Source: a virus
DNA: 64,000 bases
IMG/VR virus record: IMGVR_UViG_3300033153_012010
Coordinates: 4,088-68,087 of that record
Direction: 5' to 3' (one strand)
The notes beneath the pieces were generated by a model. That model was given only the letters and a program-made list of their open reading frames with translations, made no database searches and was not told the DNA's origin. Below are positions 55,034 through 63,853 of the stretch, piece after piece (position 1 is the stretch's first letter; each line of letters begins with the position of its first letter). A program made the translations under genes and the position numbers.

Positions 55034-56593
55034 ATGGCAGTATCATTAGTAGGTGAAATAGTAAACAGTTGTGATGCAGAAGTTTTTAATGTTGGAAACA
55101 TTTCTGGTGATGATGATTTCGTTGAGGGAACTGGGGCTATTGGCCTTAAGATAGCAGCTAGTTATGCAGAAATTTATACAACTACACTTGGTGCCACGGC
55201 ACCATATGATTTTTCTAGTGGTGGTGCTGAATTCGGATGGCATTATATCTTGTGGTTTAATACTAAGTTAGCAATACCAACTATTGGTGGATTAAGATGT
55301 ATTTTTGGAAATGGTACTGATAGAGCAGAATGGAATGTTGACCCTGTAGGTTTCTATAAGGGTGGTTTTTTAACTAAAGTAATTAGCCCAGAGAGAGATT
55401 TTGATACAATTAATGCTGGTACTTGGACTACAGGTGGAAATCCAGCACAACTAAGTAATATTACTACAATGGGAGGAGGTATAGAGACAGTACCATCTAT
55501 AATGGGTAACTTTAACTCTGGGCAACTTGACCAAATGACGATTGGACTTGGATTAAGAGTTGATGCTGGTACTGTTGGTACACCTAATACATTTGAGGTA
55601 GTTAGAGCTGCTGATGAGGATACTACTTTTTATGGGTGGTGGTCATCATCTAATGGTGCTGTTGTTGGTAAAGGAAAATTATTTATTGGACCATCGGCAG
55701 GTTCAACTACTTCGGTGTTTGATGATACTGCATTCGTGGTAATCTTTGCAGATGAATTGGTATCAGAAGATTTTTATGAAATTAACACAAGAGGAGCTGG
55801 TACTGACATAACATGGGATTTAGCATCAATTTCAACAGCGAATTCTGATAATGTAAGGTGGGGACTTACTGTAGATTCTTCAACTAATTTATTCTCTGAT
55901 AAGAATGGTGTATGGACTGGTGGTGGAGATTTTATTTTAGATTCAAGCGTTGGACTTACAGGTACGACAATTGTTGATTCTAACAAATTATACCAGAGTG
56001 GAGCAACATTGAATGGAATAAGTGTTCTTGCTGCAAATACAAGTGCTTATACAGCTTTTATAGAATCAGGAAATCCAGAGAAGATAGAAAATTCTACATT
56101 TACATTTAGCACAGGACATTCAATAGAAATAACATCTCAAACAGTAACAGCATTTACATTTAGTAATAATACATTTATTGATTATGGGTCTGATGAAACA
56201 GATTCTTCTGCAATTTTTAATAATAGTGGAGGAGCAATAATAATAAACGTTACAAATAATGGTACATCCCCAACTATTAGAAATGGAGATGGAGCATCTA
56301 CTACAGTTAATAATACCAAGACATTAACCTTGACAGACCTTGTTGATGATACAGAGGTTAGGATATATTCTGCTGGAACAGGGGTTGAACTTGCTGGGCA
56401 AGAAAGTGTTACTGGTGGGACATTTGTATATGCATATAGTTATGCTGCAGATACACTAATAGATATTGTAGTTTTTAAAGAAGAATATACTTTTAATGAG
56501 CCAGATGGTAGAATTAAAAATTTTGAGTTACCAAATGGTAACTCTTCAATTCCAATTAATCAAAACTTTGATAGGAATTATTATAATCCATAA
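55034..56593 (+). CDS. Virion structural protein (beta-rich)
   Basis: G/T/S-rich; C-terminal DRNYYNP matches ERNYLNP of 53088..54518. Confidence 0.75.
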   Translation: MAVSLVGEIVNSCDAEVFNVGNISGDDDFVEGTGAIGLKIAASYAEIYTTTLGATAPYDFSSGGAEFGWHYILWFNTKLAIPTIGGLRCIFGNGTDRAEWNVDPVGFYKGGFLTKVISPERDFDTINAGTWTTGGNPAQLSNITTMGGGIETVPSIMGNFNSGQLDQMTIGLGLRVDAGTVGTPNTFEVVRAADEDTTFYGWWSSSNGAVVGKGKLFIGPSAGSTTSVFDDTAFVVIFADELVSEDFYEINTRGAGTDITWDLASISTANSDNVRWGLTVDSSTNLFSDKNGVWTGGGDFILDSSVGLTGTTIVDSNKLYQSGATLNGISVLAANTSAYTAFIESGNPEKIENSTFTFSTGHSIEITSQTVTAFTFSNNTFIDYGSDETDSSAIFNNSGGAIIINVTNNGTSPTIRNGDGASTTVNNTKTLTLTDLVDDTEVRIYSAGTGVELAGQESVTGGTFVYAYSYAADTLIDIVVFKEEYTFNEPDGRIKNFELPNGNSSIPINQNFDRNYYNP

Positions 56594-56651
56594 TATTTAT
56601 TATAGTAACAATAATTTATATATTAATAAACAACTTAAAAAATAAGAAAAA

Positions 56652-56855
56652 ATGAACAACGTAGACATCGCAATTCAAAAAGTTAGACAATTACAACAAA
56701 TGCTTTTTGATTCCAAACAAAGTCCAGATGACCTTTTTAAATTCACACATGTAGTGATAGAATATATGGAGAAGGCTAGTACAGAAATCAAAACCAATTA
56801 CGAAGAAATCAGTAAAAAATTAACTGATGAAATGAATACTGGTAAAAAACAATAA
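56652..56855 (+). CDS. Small hypothetical protein
   Basis: 67-aa helical ORF with an A-rich start context. Confidence 0.6.
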   Translation: MNNVDIAIQKVRQLQQMLFDSKQSPDDLFKFTHVVIEYMEKASTEIKTNYEEISKKLTDEMNTGKKQ

Positions 56856-56863
56856 GACAATAA

Positions 56864-57964
56864 ATGCCTGTAGAAGATTTTACATTTAATGGAGTTAGTA
56901 AATTTATTTCTATTTCCAGTGGAGTTACCATAGTTGATGTACAGGATATGTACTCAAGATGGAAGGAGTGGACCCAATTGTCAGATAATTCTAAATATCT
57001 TCAAGCACTGAGAACATTTGGGGGTGACCCCACTATTGCAGGACAGTTCGCACCAAGATATTATTTCCTTCAAAATGGTTGGAGAGTTTTTGTTGATACT
57101 GGGGAATTACTTTCTGTAGGAACTAATCTATATACCGAAGAGCTTGTAAGTCCATATATTATTGGGTCTGGTTCTTCTGTGTCTGATAGTAACTCTGATG
57201 CTGTTGTTGTTGATAATGGAATTGCTGAGTCTCTTGATTATAATGGGATTGTTCATGTTAACCCAACTATAGGGATTCCTGGAACAGAATTCCCAGCTGG
57301 AACAATTGCTCAACCTGTTACAACATTAGCTGATGCTGTAACGATTGCAAATGATAGAGGTATTTTAGAAATTGGAATTCATGGAACTAATTATGTTAGC
57401 ACAGATGTTAGTGGATTTGTGATAAAAGGAGGTAGAGTAACTGATGTATTAGTATTCATTACAGGAAATTACATTAACAATTCAACACTTAAAGAACTTG
57501 TTATTGCTGGTTCATATTCTGGTTTTGTAGTATCTGAAACTTGCCAATTAGCAAATGGACTAACTGGCGATGGTGGTGTTTTTAAAGATTGTGGACTTCA
57601 AGGGTCTTATAATATTAATGAAAATTCAAATCTTTCAATATTAAATTGCTCATCAATGGTTCCAGGTGATAATTCGCCCTCAATTCATTTAAGTAGTGGT
57701 TCAACAGTTAATTTAAGGAAGTATAGTGGTGGAATGATGTGGTATGATATAGAAGTTGGAACAGACATAAGCGCTGAGTTCCTTGCTGGTAGTTGTCAAA
57801 TATTAACTGGATGTACTGGAGGTGAAATGCATATTAGAGGGATAGCATCTCTTGATGACCAATCAAGTGGAACAACAGTTGATATAGGGGGATTGATAAT
57901 ACCTTCAAGACTTGCACAACAACAAACATTAAATGTAAATACAGAGATTACAAAAAATAAATAA
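56864..57964 (+). CDS. Virion structural protein
   Basis: DVQDMYSRWKEW...KY..A.R..GGDP N-terminus; G...PAGT...PV..LADA motif. Confidence 0.75.
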   Translation: MPVEDFTFNGVSKFISISSGVTIVDVQDMYSRWKEWTQLSDNSKYLQALRTFGGDPTIAGQFAPRYYFLQNGWRVFVDTGELLSVGTNLYTEELVSPYIIGSGSSVSDSNSDAVVVDNGIAESLDYNGIVHVNPTIGIPGTEFPAGTIAQPVTTLADAVTIANDRGILEIGIHGTNYVSTDVSGFVIKGGRVTDVLVFITGNYINNSTLKELVIAGSYSGFVVSETCQLANGLTGDGGVFKDCGLQGSYNINENSNLSILNCSSMVPGDNSPSIHLSSGSTVNLRKYSGGMMWYDIEVGTDISAEFLAGSCQILTGCTGGEMHIRGIASLDDQSSGTTVDIGGLIIPSRLAQQQTLNVNTEITKNK

Positions 57965-57985
57965 AATCATAATTTGATTTTATGA

Positions 57986-58020
57986 AAAAAAGGAGTTATA
58001 TTTATTGTAACCCCTTTTTT
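57986..58020 (+). terminator. Intrinsic terminator with TATTTATT in its loop
   Basis: aaaaaggagttata-tttat-tgtaacccctttttt. Confidence 0.65.
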
Positions 58021-58060
58021 ATGTCAGAAGAAATTTGTTATATCTGGTGGGGGAACAAAA
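58021..58060 (+). pseudogene. Degenerate remnant of a patatin 5' end
   Basis: 58028-58060 translates KKFVISGGGTK, against KRALCISGGGSK in the intact patatin; out of frame with ATG 58021. Confidence 0.6.
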
Positions 58061-58079
58061 TTTTTGAATATTTATAGAT

Positions 58080-58820
58080 ATGGAAGCTATAAATATATAC
58101 ATACTGATTGACCCAGTAACTAAAGAGGTTAGATATGTTGGTAAGACAACAAATATAAAAAAAAGATTTAACAAACATCTGAATGAAAGTAGAAAATCTA
58201 CTACATCGCATAAAAAAGCTTGGATTAAAAGTTTGTTGAAAAAAAATCTGAAACCAGAAATGGAAATAATTGATGTAGTTAATAATGATGAGTGGAAATT
58301 TTGGGAAAGATATTGGATTGAGCAGATGATAGCATGGGGTTTTAAATTGACAAATGAAACTATTGGAGGAGACGGAGTAAATAAAGGAACAGTTCCATGG
58401 AACAAAGGGGTTTTTGGTGTTATGAAACCAAATAAAACAACTTTTAAAAAAGGGAATGAGATAGGAAAAGAAACAAGAATAAAAAAAGGTCAAAGATTTG
58501 GTAAAAAAACAGAGTTTAAAAAAGGAGAAAAACCTCATAATAAAACAAAGTTGTTACAATTTGATTTGGATGGTAAATTTTTAAGAGAGTTTGAAAGTTT
58601 TAAAGAAGCTGCTGAGTACATTGGTGTAGGACAACCAGCTCTTAGTCAATGTTTTATAAGAAAAACCTACAAATGCAAAGGTTATAAATGGAAAAAATTA
58701 GAAAAAAAAAAAAAAAACGAGCCCTGTGTATTTCGGGTGGTGGTAGTAAAGGGGCTTGGGCTGGCGGAGCAATACAATATCTTCTTGAAGATGGAGATAA
58801 GGATTATGACCTTTATGTAG
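58080..58820 (+). CDS. Free-standing GIY-YIG homing endonuclease with NUMOD-type DNA-binding modules
   Basis: NIYIL..RYVGKT...KRF..H, WERYWI, LTN...GGDG, VPWNKG, FKKG repeats and a C-terminal QFDLDG...F.S..EAA...GYKWK module. Confidence 0.9.
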   Translation: MEAINIYILIDPVTKEVRYVGKTTNIKKRFNKHLNESRKSTTSHKKAWIKSLLKKNLKPEMEIIDVVNNDEWKFWERYWIEQMIAWGFKLTNETIGGDGVNKGTVPWNKGVFGVMKPNKTTFKKGNEIGKETRIKKGQRFGKKTEFKKGEKPHNKTKLLQFDLDGKFLREFESFKEAAEYIGVGQPALSQCFIRKTYKCKGYKWKKLEKKKKNEPCVFRVVVVKGLGLAEQYNIFLKMEIRIMTFM

Positions 58821-59623
58821 GGACATCTACAGGGAGTTTAATTGCACCACTTACATCAATAAGAGAAATTAGCATCTTAAAAGAGGGTTACACAAATATT
58901 ACTTCAGAAGATATATTCTCAGTTAATCCTTTTGATAAGAATGGGGAAATAAAACTTTGGAATGCATTTTGGAGAGTTATTAGTCTTAAAAAAACCCTAG
59001 GAGAAACTGAAACACTGAGAGATTTAATTAAGAAACATTTTCAAGAAAAACATTTTGATAGGTTATATAAATCTGAAAAAGAAGTAATTGCTGTTGTTAC
59101 AAATCTAACCGACAAGAAACCAGAATTCAAATCATCAAACAACAATAAGTATGAAGACTTCATTGATTGGCTTTGGGCATCATGCAATGCGCCAATGTTC
59201 ACATCAATATTAGAAAAGGATGATAATCAATATGCAGATGGAGCTATCTTCCAACATATACCAATTCAAGTGGCCATAGAAAATGGGGCAACAGAAATTG
59301 ATGTTATTGTTCTTAGTCCAGAGGGATTTGGTGTTGTTAAGAGAAATAAAGTTAATAACATATTTCAAAACTTCTTTAGGTTAATGGAAATTATGCAAAG
59401 AAAAATTGCTAAAGACAACATTGACCTTAACAAGCTTAACTCTCATGGAAAAGAAGTTTCCATCAATGTTTACTACACGCCATATAGGCTTACAGAAAAT
59501 TCTCTAGTATTCGACAAAGAAGAAATGCTGAAGTGGTGGGATGAAGGATACATTAATGCAAAATCTGGAAATGTAAAGAAATACAAAATCACTAGGTCCA
59601 ACGTATTCAAAGAGGTTGAATAA
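58688..59623 (+). CDS. Patatin-like phospholipase
   Basis: ISGGGSKG oxyanion loop, GTSTG nucleophile elbow, ASC.AP.F and YADGA catalytic Asp. Confidence 0.95.
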   Translation: MEKIRKKKKKRALCISGGGSKGAWAGGAIQYLLEDGDKDYDLYVGTSTGSLIAPLTSIREISILKEGYTNITSEDIFSVNPFDKNGEIKLWNAFWRVISLKKTLGETETLRDLIKKHFQEKHFDRLYKSEKEVIAVVTNLTDKKPEFKSSNNNKYEDFIDWLWASCNAPMFTSILEKDDNQYADGAIFQHIPIQVAIENGATEIDVIVLSPEGFGVVKRNKVNNIFQNFFRLMEIMQRKIAKDNIDLNKLNSHGKEVSINVYYTPYRLTENSLVFDKEEMLKWWDEGYINAKSGNVKKYKITRSNVFKEVE

Positions 59624-59659
59624 TAATCTTTTTGATTCTATTTATATAAAAAGCGTAAT

Positions 59660-59968
59660 ATGGACATTGGAACTGGACAAACTGTATATGAACAAATAAT
59701 TTCTGTGAATGCAGATAATGCCCCTGTTGTTGGAACTACATTCGATACAACGATGTATAGAGATGGTTCTGAATACTCTGGAATTACAGTAGGAGTATCA
59801 TTAACAGATTCATCAAGAGGAGTTTATACAGCAACCTGGTCAGCAACAACGACTGGAGATTATCAATTATACGCAAAAAACAATATAACTTCTGTTATTT
59901 TTATATCAGATAATGTTATTGTCAAACCAGACAACGAACTAAGCACAATTATTTATATCGGAACGTAA
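59660..59968 (+). CDS. Small Ig-like virion protein
   Basis: TATTTATA at 59639; GVYTATW....GDYQL beta-strand pattern. Confidence 0.65.
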   Translation: MDIGTGQTVYEQIISVNADNAPVVGTTFDTTMYRDGSEYSGITVGVSLTDSSRGVYTATWSATTTGDYQLYAKNNITSVIFISDNVIVKPDNELSTIIYIGT

Positions 59969-60014
59969 TTTCTGAAATGCATTTTTTTACCCCTATTTAT
60001 TAGAAATAATAAAT

Positions 60015-61757
60015 ATGATTGATAATAAAATGTTGGAATATGCCAGATGCGTAAAAGACCCTGTGTATTTTATGAATACCTATGGTTATGTGTTTGATGC
60101 AAGGAAGAAGATGGTTGCTCCTATGACTTGTTTTGAATATCAAAATGATTGTCTTAGAAAGTTTCATGAAAATAGAGAAAACATAATTCTTAAATCTAGG
60201 CAAACAGGCCTTTCTGTAATTACAGCTGGATATGTTGCTTGGAGGCTTTTATTTAGGTATGATGAGAAAATACTTATCATTGCTAATGATGGAGCTGGAG
60301 CTGTTCGTTTCCTTGAAACGGTTAAGCAATTTATTGAATACACTCCGATGTGGCTTAAGCCTGATGAAATCATATCAGATAATCAAAGAAAAATTTCATT
60401 CTCAAATAATTCTTATGCAGAAGCGAAAGCTTCAAGTCCGAATGCTGGTCGTGGAGATTCTCTTACAATGTTGATTCTTGATGAAACAGCCTTTATCAAA
60501 GATGATGAGGCTATTTGGATGGGTGCTGGTATGGCACTTGCTATGACTGGAGGTAAATGTATTATGATTTCTACTCCTAATGGAACAAGTGGATTGTATT
60601 ATAAAACATGGCGTAATGCTATTAATAATGATAATGAATTTGTTGGAACTACTGTTCACTGGACAGAGAATCCAAACAGTTCTGAGGGTCTTGAGTGGAA
60701 AACAGATGCCCAAGGAGAGAAGACACCTTGGAGCCCTTGGTATGAAGCACAATGTAAAAGACTTGACTGGGACTCAGTGCAAATTGCTCAAGAGCTTGAC
60801 CTTTCATTTGAAGGTTCTAAGAGACTTGCTATTGACCCGACTCTTGTGATTAAATATAAGAAGAGAGTTGAGGATGACCATAAACCAGAAGGATATATAT
60901 TATATAATTTTCTTGAGAAAGATAATCCAGATGTATCAATATTTGCTAAATATACTATGGAAGAAACAAATCTTCAGATATTTAGGAGACCAGAAGAAGG
61001 ACAACAATACATACTTGGTGTCGATGTTGCAAGGGGAGATGGAAAAGATTTCTCTACAATTCAAGTTCTTAATGTAGATACTCTTGAACAAGTTGCTGAG
61101 TATAGAGAAAAGATTGGTCCAGATTTATTTCCTTTTATTATTAATAATGTAGCAAAGATGTATAACATGGCTTATGTTGTTATAGAGGCTAATTCATTTG
61201 GTCTTGGTGTTTGTTTTGATATAAGAGACAAATTCAAATATCCTAGAAACAGATTATATTTTTCTAAAAATGTAAAAGACATTCACGTAAGACATTATAA
61301 CTATAAAGTTAATGAAGGAACAGAGATTCCAGGATTCCAGACTTCAAGAAAGAACAGAGTTCTGCTTGTTAAGGCTATCATTGAACATATGAGAGAGAAT
61401 TCATTAATTCTTCACTCGAAGAAGTTGATGGCAGAATTTGAAACATTTGTAATGAATGGAGATAAACCAGAGCATGAGAAAGGTTCTCATGATGATTTAA
61501 TTATGGCTCTTGGGATTGCTCTTTACATTAGAGATACAGAATTTGAAAATGTTACAAACAGTACTGAAATGACTAAGAGCATGCTTCAAGCAATGATGCT
61601 TAATGCAAACCCAGCTACTGGAATGATTAAGAAAGAAGGTGATAAAAAAATTGATATACCTAACGGTGGTGGAGGTCTCTATATATTTAATGGAGATGGA
61701 AGCATTGGAGGGCAAGAAAATACAGATATAGATGATACGAGTTGGTTAATGGGATAA
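60015..61757 (+). CDS. terL: Terminase large subunit (T4 gp17-like)
   Basis: KSRQTGLS Walker A, LILDETAF Walker B, ISTPNG, GVDVARGDGKDFS and HDDLIMA nuclease motifs. Confidence 0.97.
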   Translation: MIDNKMLEYARCVKDPVYFMNTYGYVFDARKKMVAPMTCFEYQNDCLRKFHENRENIILKSRQTGLSVITAGYVAWRLLFRYDEKILIIANDGAGAVRFLETVKQFIEYTPMWLKPDEIISDNQRKISFSNNSYAEAKASSPNAGRGDSLTMLILDETAFIKDDEAIWMGAGMALAMTGGKCIMISTPNGTSGLYYKTWRNAINNDNEFVGTTVHWTENPNSSEGLEWKTDAQGEKTPWSPWYEAQCKRLDWDSVQIAQELDLSFEGSKRLAIDPTLVIKYKKRVEDDHKPEGYILYNFLEKDNPDVSIFAKYTMEETNLQIFRRPEEGQQYILGVDVARGDGKDFSTIQVLNVDTLEQVAEYREKIGPDLFPFIINNVAKMYNMAYVVIEANSFGLGVCFDIRDKFKYPRNRLYFSKNVKDIHVRHYNYKVNEGTEIPGFQTSRKNRVLLVKAIIEHMRENSLILHSKKLMAEFETFVMNGDKPEHEKGSHDDLIMALGIALYIRDTEFENVTNSTEMTKSMLQAMMLNANPATGMIKKEGDKKIDIPNGGGGLYIFNGDGSIGGQENTDIDDTSWLMG

Positions 61758-61807
61758 CTATTTATTTTAAAAGCTCAATTATTTATATTTTATAAAAATG
61801 CATACAA

Positions 61808-63853
61808 ATGGCAGACGATAAACAAAATTTAAGCATATTCGGTAACGTTAATAATGCTATTAACAAGAATAAACGTAGAACCCCTAGAGTAGAAAACCCA
61901 GGTGTAATACAAAATACTGGAGGTGGAGGTGGACTTTCAGCCCCAAAAGAGGGAAACAATATTGAACACGTTCAACAGCAGTTCTTAGATTGGCAAGTAA
62001 ATAAAATTGCTCATGACCTCTACACAAGAACTATCTATTATGATACCGATAGGATTAATGCCTACCAGGATTTCAGAGCAATGGATATGTCTCCTGAGAT
62101 TGCAGCAGCTCTTAACATTATTAGAGATGAGTGTATCACTAGAGGAGAGAAGGGAAAAATTCTTGATATATTTTCAGAAAATGAAAGAGTTAAATTAGTT
62201 CTTGAAGATTTATTCTTCAATAGAATTGATATTGACTTCGCACTTAAACTTTGGATTAGAGATTTACTTAAGTATGGAGATTTCTTTCTTCACCTGCACG
62301 TTGATAAAGACGAGGGTATTTATGATGTAATGGCTCTTCCTTCTGAAGAAATTCATAGAGAAGAAGGGTTTGAAGGAAGAACTGATAACGTAAGATTCAG
62401 ATGGGAAACGACTGGAGATTATTTTGAAGACTGGCAAGTAGCTCACTTTAGATTACTTGAGGATACAAGAAAACTTCCTTACGGACGTTCAATGCTTGAC
62501 CCAGCTAGAAAGCTTTGGAAGCAATTACAACTTGCAGAAGATTCTATGCTTGTATACAGAATTACAAGAGCTCCAGAGAGGAGAGTATTCTATATTGATG
62601 TAGGTAACTTAGAGCATGCAGATGTTGCACAATTCGTACAACAATTCCAGATACAATTAAAGAAACAACCGATTGTTGACCAGAAGAGTGGTAACATGAA
62701 TTTGAAATACAATCCAATGAATGTAACAGAGGATTATTTCATTCCAATGAGAGCTGACAGGTCATCAAGAATTGAAACACTTCCAGGTGCATCTAACCTT
62801 GGAGATATTCAAGATATTGAATACTTACAAAATAAATTATTTGCATCACTTCAAGTTCCTAAAAACTACTTGAACTATGGTGAGAGTCTTCCAGGAGGTT
62901 CAACATTGTCTCAGCAAGACCTTAGATTTGCTAGAACAATTAACACTATTCAACAAGCTGTACTTGCTGAACTTAAAAGAATTGCAAACATTCACCTTTA
63001 TTTCAATGGATTTAAAGATGATATAGATAACTTTACACTTACGCTTACAAATCCATCTACACAACAAGAGTTGTTGAAATTGGAAACAATGAAGGCAAGA
63101 TTAGAAGTGTTTAAGGAAATGTTCTCTGCAGAGGCAACATCTCCAGTTTCTTATGTGTGGGCTATGGAAAATATTCTTGGTTTCTCTAAATCAGAAATTA
63201 AACTTATTCTTAAGCAGAAAAAAGTTGAGAAGAAAATATTTGCAGAAATTGATAGTGCTGTTGAAATGTATAAGAAGATTGGATTATTTAAAGACCTTGA
63301 TGAGAAGTTTGAAATTGAAGGTGCTGAAGAAATTATGGCAGCTCAAAATGCTGAAGGAGAAGAAGGAGAAGACCTCGGTGGAGGTGGAGGCGGAGGTGAC
63401 TTCGGTGGAGGAATGGGTGGAGCCGATGAGCTTGACCTTGGAGACGAAGGTGGAGTAGAAGGAGAAGAAGAAGGTGCGGATGTACCACCACCAATGGCTG
63501 AAAATAAATTTAGAAAAGCTCAAAGGATTTCTGATAAATATGTTGGAGGCATGTTGAATGAACTTCTTGGTCCAGATGAGGAGCTAGAAAAGAAGCCTAA
63601 GATTGAGGACAATGCTTTGATTAAGAGAAGTAAAAATATGAATCTTGAATCTCAAAGATTAATAGATAGCATGAATACTAGCATGGAAAGTAAAAGCCCT
63701 GGAAAAGCAATTATAGCAGAATCAACTAAGATAATAATGCCATTGATTCCAGCAAACCCATTGATTGATGGTTCTGAAAAGCTAGTAGATGATAATGAAG
63801 CTCTCATGAATGATATTGAGAATCATTTAAGAAATAGAAAAAATAATGATTAA
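61808..63853 (+). CDS. gp20: Portal vertex protein (T4 gp20-like)
   Basis: PEI.AAL.II.DEC, YGRS.L..ARK.WKQL.L.EDSMLVYRITRAPERRVFYIDVGN, EDYFIP, IETLPG..NL..I.DIEY and L.VPK motifs. Confidence 0.97.
   Translation: MADDKQNLSIFGNVNNAINKNKRRTPRVENPGVIQNTGGGGGLSAPKEGNNIEHVQQQFLDWQVNKIAHDLYTRTIYYDTDRINAYQDFRAMDMSPEIAAALNIIRDECITRGEKGKILDIFSENERVKLVLEDLFFNRIDIDFALKLWIRDLLKYGDFFLHLHVDKDEGIYDVMALPSEEIHREEGFEGRTDNVRFRWETTGDYFEDWQVAHFRLLEDTRKLPYGRSMLDPARKLWKQLQLAEDSMLVYRITRAPERRVFYIDVGNLEHADVAQFVQQFQIQLKKQPIVDQKSGNMNLKYNPMNVTEDYFIPMRADRSSRIETLPGASNLGDIQDIEYLQNKLFASLQVPKNYLNYGESLPGGSTLSQQDLRFARTINTIQQAVLAELKRIANIHLYFNGFKDDIDNFTLTLTNPSTQQELLKLETMKARLEVFKEMFSAEATSPVSYVWAMENILGFSKSEIKLILKQKKVEKKIFAEIDSAVEMYKKIGLFKDLDEKFEIEGAEEIMAAQNAEGEEGEDLGGGGGGGDFGGGMGGADELDLGDEGGVEGEEEGADVPPPMAENKFRKAQRISDKYVGGMLNELLGPDEELEKKPKIEDNALIKRSKNMNLESQRLIDSMNTSMESKSPGKAIIAESTKIIMPLIPANPLIDGSEKLVDDNEALMNDIENHLRNRKNND

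Noticed and set aside
58021-58750. Group I intron carrying the GIY-YIG gene within the patatin
   Set aside because: No room for an intron core, and the downstream patatin is complete with its own ATG, so splicing is unnecessary.
60015-63853. Inteins or introns in the terminase or portal
   Set aside because: Motifs are contiguous with normal spacing and no intein splice motifs were seen; the portal's extra length is an acidic/Gly-rich C-terminal tail.
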